From positions 128,774,001-128,838,000 of the forward strand of contig OX597815.1 of NCBI GenBank assembly GCA_951406725.2: a stretch of 64,000 nt of DNA, read 5' to 3'. The notes beneath the pieces were generated by a model. That model did no database searches. It saw nothing but the letters and a program-made list of their open reading frames with translations, and was not told where the DNA came from. Source of the DNA: Octopus vulgaris. Lineage: Eukaryota. Numbering within the stretch: the first letter of the stretch is position 1; each line of letters opens with the position of its first letter. This document shows, piece after piece, positions 1 through 11,580 of this stretch. The position numbers were made by a program, and so were the translations under genes.

Positions 1-133
1 GTCTACCAAATCCACTCACAAAGCTTTGGTCAGCCCGAGGCTATAGTAGAAGACACTTGCCCAAAGTGGCACGCAGTGAGACTGAACCCGGAACCATGTG
101 GTTCATAAGCTACTTACCACACAGCCACTCCTC
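1..133 (-). mobile_element. tRNA-derived SINE family A (head, partial)
   Basis: Minus strand has the A box tggctgtgtgg, a B box-like ggttcagtc, then ttgggcaagtg. Confidence 0.8.
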
Positions 134-469
134 CTATGCCTGATCTACATTTCAATACAGTCATAGAAATCTGTATATTCTTTATTCTGAGATGGTGTTT
201 TTAGCATTGCTGGCTACATCACATTTCACAAAAACACATTTTATTGTTGTGGAGATCATGTGAAGGTTTGTGTTCATTCAAGCTTTTCAGCAATTCCTTG
301 TGACTATGTGAACCAGTTGCAATAAGGGCTATTCATATAAATAAGCATATCAAAACTTCTACTTGGAAGAGCAGGTTTCTCAAGATTGACAGTAAGGGGT
401 GGTTATTGTGAATTACTGAATAAGGGCAACCTGGTAGGCATCACATTTTTGTCAGTCCCAAGCAAGGTT

Positions 470-1380
470 GTACAATACTATTGAGAAGGCTGTGACAAGT
501 TGTGGATTTGTTCTACATGAAGGACAGGCTGGTTTATGAAAGAAACTGGTCATGTTCAGAACAAATCCTCACTCAATGGAACATCATTGATACCAGGAGC
601 CACTAGTAGTCAACCTCAACTTTCACAAGGCCTTCGACAGTGTACATAAGGAATCCCTCTGAAACATTGTTATGTCTTATGGCATCCCACTGTGCTTTGT
701 CCACATATTCAAAAGATTGTACAACAACTCAAGATAATGCATAAGAGGGTCAGGCAAGGCTACATCTTGTCTCCTCTACTGTTTATTCATGAGGAGCACA
801 GTCAGTGGACCCAACAATGGAATCCTGTGGATAGATACAGATAACTGCAAATCTGTAAGAGTTGACAATGTCACTGCAACAGAATGTGGAGAAGCTCAGG
901 TTAAGGACCAGCACACGCAATGAATGTGAAAGTGATAAAAGCAAGCAATATCATGGACCAAGAAATAGCTATCAACATCATCCAGTATAAGATAGAAGTG
1001 AGCTAGTTCCCCAATCTAGGCAGTGTTGTAAGCACTGGTGATGTAGAACTGGACATAGACTGCAGGACTGGAAAGGCAGCATCAGTGTTCCAGCATATGC
1101 GTTCCATCTGAGCAGCCTCAAACATCAGCATTGATGTGAAATTTCATCTACATAATTCCATTGTTCATCCCACTACAATGCATACCCATGAAGCTTGTAA
1201 GAGCATAGTAAGGACAACTAGTAAACTAAATGTATACCATTAAAGGTGCATCAGAAAGATCCTGAGGGTCAACTGGTAGAATTGTCTGACCAATGAAGAA
1301 ATTCTGAAAAGAACAAGGCCACAACCACTGCAAGAAATTGTAGCAGAGTGCCAACTCAACTTGGTTGGTCACATTTGGTA
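470..1380 (+). mobile_element. Degenerate RTE-type LINE reverse transcriptase fragment
   Basis: Remnant peptides NFHKAFDSVHKESL, MSYGIP and KILRVNW, with many stops. Confidence 0.75.
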
Positions 1381-3063
1381 TTTGTAGCACAGAGTGACAG
1401 AAATGAAATTCTTTTCTGAAAATATTTCTGAAGTAGAGAGATAAAGTAGATCCTTAATCTTTCCATAAATCACTGTGATGCAGTATTGGACTACAGTTAC
1501 CATTAAATACATAAAATATACAATATTTTCCTAAATAGGCAACTTTCTTCAAATATACTTTTACCAGAAAAATCTTTCACCTCTTTTAAACAGCTCAATT
1601 AACTGAAGGCATACAGAATTAAATGTCCCGCTCATAGACACCAACAACTGAAACCACAATTCATGAAAAGGAATTTAATACCTTATTCACTAGGTCATTT
1701 CATATCTAAAGGCAAACATTTAATTACTTAAATAGAACCTTCTATTGAATCTTCTTTTAAAAATAATTTTTCATGCTCTTCCAGCAGCAATAATTTTAGA
1801 GTGAAAAAGTATTCTTATTTTCCAATTTTTTATTGAAAGAAAATCAAGTTGTTTGAGCTATAATTTCTCATAGTTTTAAACCTGAGCTCTGATAGTGTTG
1901 TAACTATTGTTTTCTATATTGACAGAATCATTAGGGTGCTGTACAAAATACCTCGCAGTATTTATTCCAACTATTTGTTCCGAGTTCAAATTTGCCTTTC
2001 ATCTCACTGGGGTCAACAAAATAAAGTACCAGCCAGGTACTGGGAGTTAAATTAATTGACTAATTTTCTCTCCCTATAATTGCTGGTTTAAATAAAAAAT
2101 AAGTAAATGTATGTATGCATGCATGCATGCATGGATGCATGTATGCATAGATGCACATATGTATGTGTATATTAACATTTAACATCCATTTTCCCCTGCA
2201 ATCCCTACTCCCTACTTGCGCCTTCTTGGCAATACCTGACCATGTATATTATGACCTCCGTATCTCTCTCTTCCTTACTCTACCATCACATCTAAGCTCT
2301 GATCCTTGTTATTTGTGAGTATACCCTGGCACTTTACTATCTCTCTCCTGTTCTCTCTTACACTTTTGGTGTTTCCCACACACACACTCTCTCTCTCTCT
2401 CCCTTGCTCTTCCCTCTGGCTGGGTAACCATGGATCTCCTGTACAGCAGCATATCTGTTTCTGCCCTCATCCTTGATCGCTATTTCTCTCCTTCTTTTGC
2501 TTTTCTCTGTGACTAGGAAACCAAGTATCTCCTTTACATCAGTACACCTGTTTTCTGTCCTCTTTCTTGTATCTCTCTGTCTCTTCTTCTTCTTCTCTCC
2601 CTCTCTCTTCTCTCTTTCTCTATAGCAAGACATGTACCTCCTCTATAGCAAGACACCTGTTTCTGCCTCTCTGTCACACTCTAACCTTTTAAGCTCTGAC
2701 ACAAGTTTCCCTCCTCAAATACCCTGCCCCTCTCAAAATTCCATGTCTTGCAAGTTACTTGTTGACCCTGCCAGTGCTGGTGCCAAGTAAAAAGCATCCC
2801 ATACTCTTAAGTGGTTGGCATTTGGAAGGGCATCCAGCTGAAAAAATCATGCCAAAACTAACCTCACCTGAGCTAGTGTCATGTAAAAAGCACTGAGTCC
2901 AATCTGCAGAGTGGCTGGTGTTAGGAAGGGCATCCAGCTGTAAAAACCCTGTCAAAATAGACACAGTAGCCTGAGTTAGTTTTCTACTTGGCTGGCTCCT
3001 ATCAACTATCCTACCCCTGCTTGGAATACAGACGCTAAATGATCAAGATCATGATCATTATGA

Positions 3064-3077
3064 TTATATATATATAT

Positions 3078-3139
<62 letters not shown>
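3064..3139. repeat. (TA)n microsatellite
   Basis: Direct reading. Confidence 0.95.
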
Positions 3140-3141
<2 letters not shown>

Positions 3142-3563
3142 AAGCATTTAATTTCCTTGGAAAGAAATAATTATCAAATTAGCAGAGAATTCGATATTAG
3201 CAAAAAAAAAGAAGAAAAAAAGAGAAAAAAAAAAAGAAAACAATGGACAACTGCAGCCAGTATATGATAAAGGAAAGTGATGAGTGTCAAAAATATTAAA
3301 ACTGGAGCAGTAGTAAAAGCCTTCAACAATACAGAGAAATAGAACAAGACTTTAAAATTCATATTGAACAAACAGCTTTGCTTAAAGACTCTAGTGCCAA
3401 AGAAAGCTAAGTTTGTATGAAAACAGAAATATATGTATAAAAATGCTCAGAAAGAAAGCAAGTAAGTGACCTTAACTGAACAACTCCCAAGCAATGTTGA
3501 TGTACAGTTGCTTAGTTCCTTATCATGTGACCATTTCCAACAGATAGATAAAAGGTGCAGATT

Positions 3564-3803
3564 TTAATCTATAAGAACGTAAAAATCAACAAAATTAATA
3601 CGTTTCCTGTGATAAATATGGTTGTTTTTTACATAATATTTACATCTGATAGTCACTACAATGTTAGGTTTTATACCTATGAGCTGAATCCATGTGAATG
3701 CAGAAACATAGTGTTTTTGATTTAAATATGGAAAAAATTCAAAAGGTATTCCTGATATTGGCATGTAAACTATTCTACCAAGGTTATCCTTATCAGGACT
3801 GTC
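3564..3803 (-). CDS. ATP1B: Na+/K+-ATPase beta subunit, last coding exon
   Basis: Acceptor ttttcag. Encodes DSPDKDNLGRIVYMPISGIPFEFFPYLNQKHYVSAFTWIQLIGIKPNIVVTIRCKYYVKNNHIYHRKRINFVDFYVLID* (DxxNLG, PYLNQxxY and IxCK motifs). Spliced CDS totals 897 nt, 298 aa. Confidence 0.93.
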   Translation of the reverse strand, partial: DSPDKDNLGRIVYMPISGIPFEFFPYLNQKHYVSAFTWIQLIGIKPNIVVTIRCKYYVKNNHIYHRKRINFVDFYVLID

Positions 3804-3971
3804 CTGAAAAAGAAAATAAACAAATTTCAAAATATAACTTTTGGTCTATTTTTTGCAATAGCAACAAACATTATATTGTTTAGTATCATTACTACTTGAA
3901 TCTCTTTCAGAAATTTTAAAACCAGCTACTTTAGCTTGTTAAAAAAAATTATATCTTTCAGTTATTAATAA

Positions 3972-4465
3972 CTAGCAGTATCGCCCGGCGTTGCTCGGGT
4001 TTGTAAGGGAAATAACTATATAAGCATTTTTAGAGAGTTTCTTCCCTTATAAATTCGGGCTTTCTTAGCCATTTTTGTTTTGGTGTCTTCAAGCCATGAA
4101 GTCGTTGTTCTAAAAGAACGCTGGTTTCCTTCACAATGCATTACGACGTTGATTTCTTTACACTCCCTTCCCCACAGCTTCACGAGGGAGGGAAGGGGAA
4201 GAAGCAAACAGGTGCAGCTGTGAGCGTGGACGCCATCGACATACGATGCATTTTATGCATTAAAATGGAATAAAAAATGATGTTAAATTATTTTTAAAAT
4301 CGTAGACTCATCGTTGACGCGCGCTAATAGTCAGACGGGCTCGATATGAATCACGACTATAAGATACCCGAATTTGGTTAAACTGCACCGCAAAATGTGG
4401 GAGGAGTTAGGAATCTAAATCGAAGGGGACAGACACTCACACAACTAGAGTTTTATATATATAGA
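3972..4465 (-). mobile_element. Non-autonomous Helitron
   Basis: On the minus strand it begins TC and ends with hairpin cccgagcaacgccggg followed by cgatactgCTAG. Inserted between A and T, no TSD. Confidence 0.85.
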
Positions 4466-4938
4466 TTTCTGGATTACCGTCTACTGCCGATTTAACTTTT
4501 CCCATCTAAGGTGGTAGATAAAGTATTTACAAATTTAGATATTTGATTATTGTAACAGCATTTGTTAACAGAGTTGACGCTAGAGGCGGGTCAACCAGGA
4601 AAACTGAGTCAAACAGAGTTATGTCCCTTGCTCCAAGACTCCATAAGTAAGGCAACAAATTTATTAACGATGACCAACTATAGTTTTTTTTATGAAAACT
4701 ATTACATTAAGTTAAAATAGGCTATTATAAACTATTTAACAACTGAATATTCTCTAATTTAATTGTGTAAACCTTCATAAAGAAGTTTTGAAATGCTATA
4801 ATTGCATATATATTATTAACAATACATGTAACAAAAATAAACAGTAACACAAAAATATTTACGAACTACACTTGTCAAGGGAGACAACTTGACATGAAAA
4901 CTATTAAACTTTAGCATTACAATTGAAATCATACTCAC

Positions 4939-5046
4939 AAGTCCATAACAATAAATCCCTATAAAATTTTTATGATAACGGTATTTTGGAAATTCTGAAG
5001 GGATATCTGACAAGCTTGTGTATGGCTCGGGTTTCCAATTGTACAC
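4939..5046 (-). CDS. ATP1B: Na+/K+-ATPase beta subunit, coding exon 5
   Basis: Splice context cctcag|...|gtgagt. Encodes VYNWKPEPYTSLSDIPSEFPKYRYHKNFIGIYCYGL (WxPE motif and conserved Cys). Phase 0-0. Confidence 0.92.
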
Positions 5047-5789
5047 CTGAGGTAAACAAAGAAATTAACAATTCTTCTGCTTTCATTAAAAAATTATTTT
5101 TTAGAATTATTTTTAAGCTCTAGGCAGATATTTAACATAATGCTTTCTATTATAGGTAACCGAATTTGGTGGTGGTACTTTATTTTATTGACACTGAAAG
5201 GTAACATAAAGCCAGAATGAATGCCATTAAACATTTTGTCGGGCATGCTTAACAATTCTGCCACCTTGTATAACATAACAATAACAACTGTCAGCAGTAT
5301 TTTCTCAATGAATTAACTTTGCCATTCAAAAAGATATTACATGTAATTAAAAACATATTTTTCAGCATAACTAGTTACTTTCTATTGGAAATATTCATTT
5401 GTTTTAACTAGTTACAGAGCCACCTCTTATAAGGGAAGATACATATATGCCTATCATTATTTGGTGTCCAGTTCGCCATGCTTCCAGGTAGGATGGGTCT
5501 TATCTAGCTCAATGGTTTGCCAATTGTTGTGATCCTGTGTCCCTTCCTTCTTGAGGTTTAATCTCCAGATATCTCTTCTCAATGCTTCTCCCCAAATTTT
5601 CCTCTCTTGTACACTCCAAATCAACAGAAATAATATATCATTGGTATATTCTCAATTAGATGAGAATAAAAGCTGGCTCCTTGACATCTGAATTTAGAAC
5701 AAAGTGAGACAAGACTATAAAATGTTTAGTCTAGCACTTTTATTATTGCTGCCAGCTTCCTACATTTCTTGTCAATAAGAAATATTAAA

Positions 5790-6051
5790 TTCTGTTGTGT
5801 CTGGAGAGAGTCATTTTCTTTTTGTGCCTTATAATTTAACACATGACCCAGCCAAATAGTCAAGACTATTGAAAAGGTTGCAAGATGCAATGAAAATTTT
5901 AGGAAAATAAAAATAAGAAATAAGTGGAAATTTTACTGGTGAGTGCGTTAAATTATAAGGCACAAAAAGAAAATGACTCTCCCTAGACACAACAGAATAC
6001 GCTTCAACACACGAACTCATATAAAGAATCTTGCAAACCAAATCTAAAAAC
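5790..6051 (+). mobile_element. Fold-back (Penelope-like) insertion with a hammerhead-like motif
   Basis: Inverted arms ttctgttgtgtct...aatttaac / ttaaattataagg...agacacaacagaa. 13-bp TSD aagaaatattaaa at 5777-5789 and 6052-6064. Confidence 0.7.
5866..5902 (+). ncRNA. Minimal hammerhead-like fold with U3-A8 core variant
   Basis: cta TTGAAAA g gttgc [aagat] gcaat GAAA att t tag. Confidence 0.5.
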
Positions 6052-6685
6052 AAGAAATATTAAAATAATATATCTATTCTTGCACTTTTATTCACATTGT
6101 TTTTTATTAAACTTTCACTACGAACAGAGATGGATAATTTTAAACTTTAAATTGGCTTTCAATGATACATCCACTTTATGTACAAGATATACATTACTAC
6201 TTTAAATTAATACTGCTTATACCGCATGCACATATGCACATGTGCACACACACACACTTTACAGAGTTTTCTTTTGCTCCTCTTTTAAACAATGATGGTT
6301 CCCACCTTTTCAGCCTGCTTTGCAACCAATTCCATGCCCTTGATCAATCCCATGCAAATCTATCCCATTCCATCCAGCCAAGCTCCCCACCCTGCATGCA
6401 CATGTGTACACACACATGCACCAAATGCAGAAATACTTTCAGCTGCTTCAATCAAACAAAGATTTCAGTCCTTCTAACTTTTACTTCTTTCAATCATGGG
6501 TCTGTGGCCATTCTGGGGTACTTCCATGAAGGATTTTAGTCAAATGAATCAAGCCTGGTACTATTTTATTGTACTGATAGGTTATAATGATGTAAAGAGA
6601 CCAACACTGGTTGTCAAGCAGTGTTAGGGGACAAAAACAAACACACACACACACACATATGTATGTATGATGGGCTTTCAGTTTT

Positions 6686-6980
6686 TGTGGTGTTGGCAGT
6701 CAGTGTTATGGGCCGTGATGAGCTATGTGGTGTTGGTGGAGAGGATGACAGATGAGGTGGGCAGAAGTAGGGCTTGCAGGGGCTGGCGGAAGAGTGAAGG
6801 GCGCATGCTTGGCAGGAAGCACGTGTGGTCAGCGAGGAAGCGTGGTCAGTTTCAGCATAGACGGCAAAGCGACAGGACATGTTGAATTTGTGAGAGACCA
6901 TTGATTTCGCCGAAGTAAGGCCTTTTGTATTTCTTTCTCCCCTTGCTTCTTTTTCTGTTGTCCTTTTCCTCCATCACACA
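6686..6980 (+). repeat. 5' LTR
   Basis: Direct repeat of 10611-10906; starts TGTGG, ends CA. Confidence 0.95.
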
Positions 6981-7012
6981 AGCTATTTCGGCTCATAAAA
7001 AAAAAACGAACG

Positions 7013-7717
7013 ATGACTGTTGCCCGTATTTCAAACGAGATAATCAAACCATTTTGCAGTGACACAGATGTAGTCGCTTGGTTGAAGAAGGTGAAGTTGA
7101 TGGCGAAGCTCCACGGTATAAGCGACCTAACGAGTTTTATATCACTGTACTTGGATGGTTCGGCATTGGCACTGTATCTAGAGATGGAAGAGAAGGACCA
7201 ACTTAGCACGGAGAAAATAGAAACCCGGTTGATGGAGGCCTTTGTGGAGGGAATGTTTGAGGCATACGCTCGCTTGGAGAAAACAAGATGGACTGGGGAA
7301 CAGGTTGACGTATTTGCCAATGAACTCAGGAGATTGGCTAAACTGGCAGGTTATGAGGGAGAGTCGCTGGACTGGACAGTTAAGATGGCATTTGTGACTG
7401 GCTTTCCTGACAACATGTCGGTCGAGTTGCAGAAGCTTCCGAACATTCACTCGATGGCGATGGCAGACATTGTATCTCGGGCTCGTGTGCTAGTTTCGTA
7501 CTGCAGAATGACATTGGTAGCAGCGACTGCAACAATGATAGGTGGCCAAGCGAGGAGCAGCAGAGAGGGGTCAAAGAAAGAACGTGTGCGACCATTTAAA
7601 GGACAGTGTTTCCAGTGCCAGGGTTCGGACATGGTGCGAGACTGCGAGTCACCCAAGCCTAAGGTCATTTGCTACCGGTGTCGAGAAACAGCAAATGTCT
7701 GCGGGGAAATGGACTGA
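7013..7717 (+). CDS. gag: Retrotransposon Gag (degenerate zinc knuckles)
   Basis: 234-aa ORF directly after the 5' LTR, with CFQCxxxxxxxxC and CYRC knuckle remnants. Confidence 0.85.
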   Translation: MTVARISNEIIKPFCSDTDVVAWLKKVKLMAKLHGISDLTSFISLYLDGSALALYLEMEEKDQLSTEKIETRLMEAFVEGMFEAYARLEKTRWTGEQVDVFANELRRLAKLAGYEGESLDWTVKMAFVTGFPDNMSVELQKLPNIHSMAMADIVSRARVLVSYCRMTLVAATATMIGGQARSSREGSKKERVRPFKGQCFQCQGSDMVRDCESPKPKVICYRCRETANVCGEMD

Positions 7718-7738
7718 GGGAGACTACTACGCCGGTAG

Positions 7739-10499
7739 TTGTCCCTTTGGATCAATAGAGGCGCGTTTATCGTCATTACCTGTAGTCGACATTCTACAGA
7801 AGTGGTAGAGACGTGGAGTGGAGAAAGCAGCGTAAGAGCAGTTGACGGAAGAGAAGTACACTGTGAAGGCGATACAGATGCCACAGATTGTGATTCAGGG
7901 AATAAGGCTGACACTGCGAGCAATTGTAGTTGGCCATTTGGTGGACGAGATTGACGTGGTGATGGGGATGGATGCAATCACCCGTTTAAGAGGTGTCACT
8001 GTTAACGAGGCTGGTGTAACATTCGGGTTTGTGGGGAAACCGTGTATGGCAAGACCGTGCATTGGTGAGAACCGTGAAGAAAAGCATGCTGCACATGCCA
8101 TTGATGACCAGGATTTTCGGGCTGTCTTCGATGGCCAGAGGTGGACAGTGGAGTGGCACTGGAAGGGAGAGCCCCTGACGTTATAAAATAAAGTGGGCTG
8201 CTATCAGCTTACTCTAAAAGGAGATGCCAGAAGTGAGTTCGAGAGGGAGGTGGAGCGGTGGATTAAGGAGGGTATATTGATCCCTTGGGAAAAAGAAAAG
8301 AGCAGAGTCCTACCACTGATGGTGGTGGTACAGCCCACAAAGCATAAGGTCAGGCCAGTGCTCGACTTCCAAGAGCTGAATGATCAGGTATCATGTCATA
8401 CAGGCGGAGAGGCCACAGATGTCTGCGGAGCCACCTTGCAAGAGTGGAGACAGATGACAGGGGCCTCCATGATTGTCGATTTGAAGTCGGCATACCTACA
8501 GGTGCATGTGGCTGAGAAACTGTGGAAGTATCAGCTTGTCAGATATAAGGGCCGGACTTACTGTCTGACCAGGTTGGGGTTCGGGCTGAATTCAGCGCCA
8601 AAGATTATGGCAACAATTCTCAAGGCCATCCTGGGAAAGGTGGACAGAGTAAAAAGGGTCACCAATTCGTACATTGATGATATTCTGGTGGATGAAACCA
8701 TAATGCCAGCAACAGAGGTCATAGGCCACCTGAAGAGTTTTGGACTGATCGCCAAGCCACCAGAGGCAATGGAGGGAGGTGCTGCACTGGACCTCAAGCT
8801 ATGGAGAGACAAGGCCAGCGCGTTGGTGTTCCGGCGAGGGAACGAGATCCCCGAACTGGGCGCCAGCATGAGTAGATGGGAACTGTTCTTGGTGTGTGGG
8901 AAGCTGGTGGGACACTACCCGATTGCAGGATGGCTCCGGACAGCATATAGCTTCATCAAGAGATGAGACGAAGGAGTGAAGTGGAACGATAGAGTGGGGG
9001 AGAAGACGACCGACATGATACAGGAAGTCTTGGTCAGAGTAAGAGCAGAGGATCCAGTGAGGTGCAGTTGGTATGTTCCCAAATCAAAGAGCGGAATTGT
9101 ATGGTGTGACGCCAGTAACATCGCAATAGGGGTTGTCTTTGAAGTGGGAGGTGTCATGGTGGAAGATGCAGCCTGGGCCAGGAAGACAGATGACTGCAAT
9201 CATATTAATGTGGCGGACTTGGATGCCGTGTTGAAGGGAGTGAACCTAGCCTTGAAGTGGGGGTTGCACATCATAGAAATCAGGACTGATTCGGCCACTG
9301 TACTTGGTTGGGTGACAGCAGTCATCACTAATGAGCGGAGGGTGCAAACCAAAGGGGCCGCAGAGATGCTGGTAAAGCGCCGATTGGGGATACTGCGTGA
9401 ACTAACCACTGAGGTCAATCTGAAGCTGAGCGTGATCTTTGTGCCTTCCGAGAAGAACAGGGCAGACGTCCTGACCAGGGTAAAGCGAACCTGGTTGCAG
9501 GTGCCAGAGGATGCAGAGCAGGCTGTGGCTGCAGTATGCCGTCTGAGTGACTTGGAGTTGTGGAGATTGCATACCATGCATCACATGGGGGTGGACAGGA
9601 CATTGTTCCTAGCCAGAAAAGTTGACTCCGATGTAACAAGACGGAGCGTGCAGAGAGTGGTTAGCAGCTGTGACAGGTGCCAGTCCATCGACCCTGCTCT
9701 GGGCATACATGAGACAGGAAGTATTCCAGTGGACCACGACTGGAAGCGACTGGCAGTGGACATAACACACTACCGGCAGGGGACATACCTCTCAATGGTT
9801 GACTGTGGACCAGAGCGGTTCGCCATATGGAGGGAGATGAAGACGGGGACTGCAGAGGAAATTGTGAAAGTATTGAATGAGATATTCCTGGAACGAGGCC
9901 CCGTGGATGAACTGCTTCTGGATAATGGCACTGCATTTCGCTTGGAGGTGCTGAAAGAAATGCTTGGTGGGTGGAAGGTCAACCGCTTCTTCAGGGCAGC
10001 ATACCAGCCAAGTGGAAATGGGCTGGTGGAAAGGCATCATCATACCATCAAGACCATGGCAGAGAGGGGCCACATTTCACCAATCGAGGCTGTATTTTGG
10101 TACAATATGTCGCCCAGATCAAGACAGGCTGAGGAGTCGGTGCCACACAGGGCAATATTCAGGTACGAGTGGAGGCATCCGTGTACTGCATCAATGCGAC
10201 CCGGGGCAGAGGAAGAGCATGCCTTCATGCAGGTCGAGGAAGAAGTTTGGGTAAAACCCCCAAATGCGCGGTGTACATCACAATGGGGAAAGGGAACAAT
10301 AACCTCCATAAATTCGAAGAACAACATCTCTGTCGATGGTATGCCACGCCACATTTTGGATATACGGAAGATTGTCCATGCCTCAGAGGATGGAACCAGC
10401 AGCAGTGGGAAAGAAGATGAAGACAACATCAGTAGACAAGATGATAAAGCCAGCAGCAACATGCCAGGAACCCAGGCCAGTTCTAGGGTCGCACTGTGA
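7739..10499 (+). pseudogene. pol: Disrupted pol (protease, RT, RNase H, integrase)
   Basis: RT motifs DLKSAYLQ, FGLNSAP and YIDD. RNase H motifs CDAS and TDS. Integrase HHCC (HTMHH...CDRC) and D,D,E (AVDI, LDNG, VER). In-frame stops at 8184-8186 and 8964-8966 plus a frameshift in the protease region. Confidence 0.92.
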
Positions 10500-10610
10500 C
10501 CAGAGGGAGCAGCACCCTGGTTGGCTGATTATGAAACCAGTTAAGGTGTGAGTTCGGGAGCGGGGAGTGAGTGGGAAAGCCGGTTGAGTGATCTGTAGAT
10601 CAGGGGGACG

Positions 10611-10906
10611 TGTGGTGTTGGCGGTCGGTGTTATGGGCCGTGATGAGCTATGTGGTGTTGGTGGAGAGGATGACAGATGAGGTGGGCGGAAGTAGGGCTT
10701 GCAGGGGCTGGTGAAAGAGTGAAGGGCACATGCATGGCAGGAAGCACATGTGGTCAGCGAGGAAGCGTGGTCAGTTCCAGCATAGACGGCAAAGCGACAG
10801 GATGTGTTGAATTCGTGAGGGACCGCTGATTTCGCCGAGGTAAGGCCTTTTGTATTTCTTTCTCCCATTGCTTCTTTTTCTGTTGTCCTTTTCCTCCATC
10901 ACACTA
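10611..10906 (+). repeat. 3' LTR
   Basis: Direct repeat of 6686-6980; preceded by agggggacg (PPT-like). Confidence 0.95.
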
Positions 10907-11097
10907 CAGTTTTCATCTATCAAATTCACTCACAAGGTTTTGGTCAGCCTGGGGCTATAGTAGAAGACACTTGCCCAAGGTACCAGACAGTGGAACTGAA
11001 TCTGGAACCATGTGGCTAAGAAGCAAACTTCTTACCACACAGTCACGCCTGTGCCTATAATGTTCCTTCTATTAAACACAAGTATCATGCCCCAGGT

Positions 11098-11390
11098 GGA
11101 GGCACATGGTCTAGTGGTTAGAGCAGCGGACTCGTGGTCGAGGGATCACGGGTTTGAATTTCTGACTGGGTGATCTGTGTGTTTATGAGTGAAACACCTA
11201 ATCTTCATGAGGTTTCTGCAGAAGGTAATGGTGAACTTCTGCTGACTCTTTCGCCACAACTTTCCCTCACTCTTTCCTCTCGCATCTATCATCTCACCTG
11301 CGATGGACTGGTGTCCTGTCCTGATGGAGAACCTATACACCAAGGAAACCAGCCCTATGAGCCAGGATTGGCTCGAGAAGGAACAAACAT
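11098..11390 (+). mobile_element. tRNA-derived SINE family D
   Basis: tggtctagtggttagagc head; homologous to 58063-58355 on the minus strand. Confidence 0.75.
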
Positions 11391-11391
11391 C

Positions 11392-11580
11392 ATGCTTGCT
11401 TCCATATTCACCAAACTCTTCAAACTTTTCCCTTTCTATGGGAACATTTGGAAGCACATCTCAGTGTGTCCCATTTCAAAGAAGGCAACCCCTATGACCC
11501 ACCTAAATATCATCCAAAAACTCTCACTCCTAACATCTCTTAAGGTAATGGAGACAGTCATTAACAATGATGTTCTTCCA
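11392..11580 (+). mobile_element. LINE RT fragment (CR1/Jockey-like)
   Basis: WKHISVCPISKK and KVMETVINN resemble non-LTR RT domain 1. Confidence 0.6.

Larger units (their letters stand above)
6686..10906 (+). mobile_element. Full-length, decayed Ty3/Gypsy-type LTR retrotransposon
   Basis: LTRs 6686-6980 and 10611-10906 (TG...CA, about 17 substitutions and 1 indel). 5-bp TSD GTTTT at 6681-6685 and 10907-10911. Purine tract before the 3' LTR. Domain order gag-PR-RT-RH-IN. Inserted inside a SINE. Confidence 0.95.
6477..11052 (-). mobile_element. SINE family A split by the LTR element (6477-6685 plus 10907-11052)
   Basis: The two halves rejoin across the GTTTT TSD into the family consensus. 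Confidence 0.8.

Noticed and set aside
6980-6998. Resemblance of the LTR leader (aagctatttcggctcata) to the D/anticodon region of tRNA-Met
   Set aside because: It is the same sense as the tRNA, so it cannot act as a primer-binding site. Intramolecular pairing with the LTR explains it better.
7178-10868. Numerous antisense and alternate-frame ORFs over the LTR element
   Set aside because: Shadows of the GC-richer gag/pol sequence, with no domain features and no env-like ORF.
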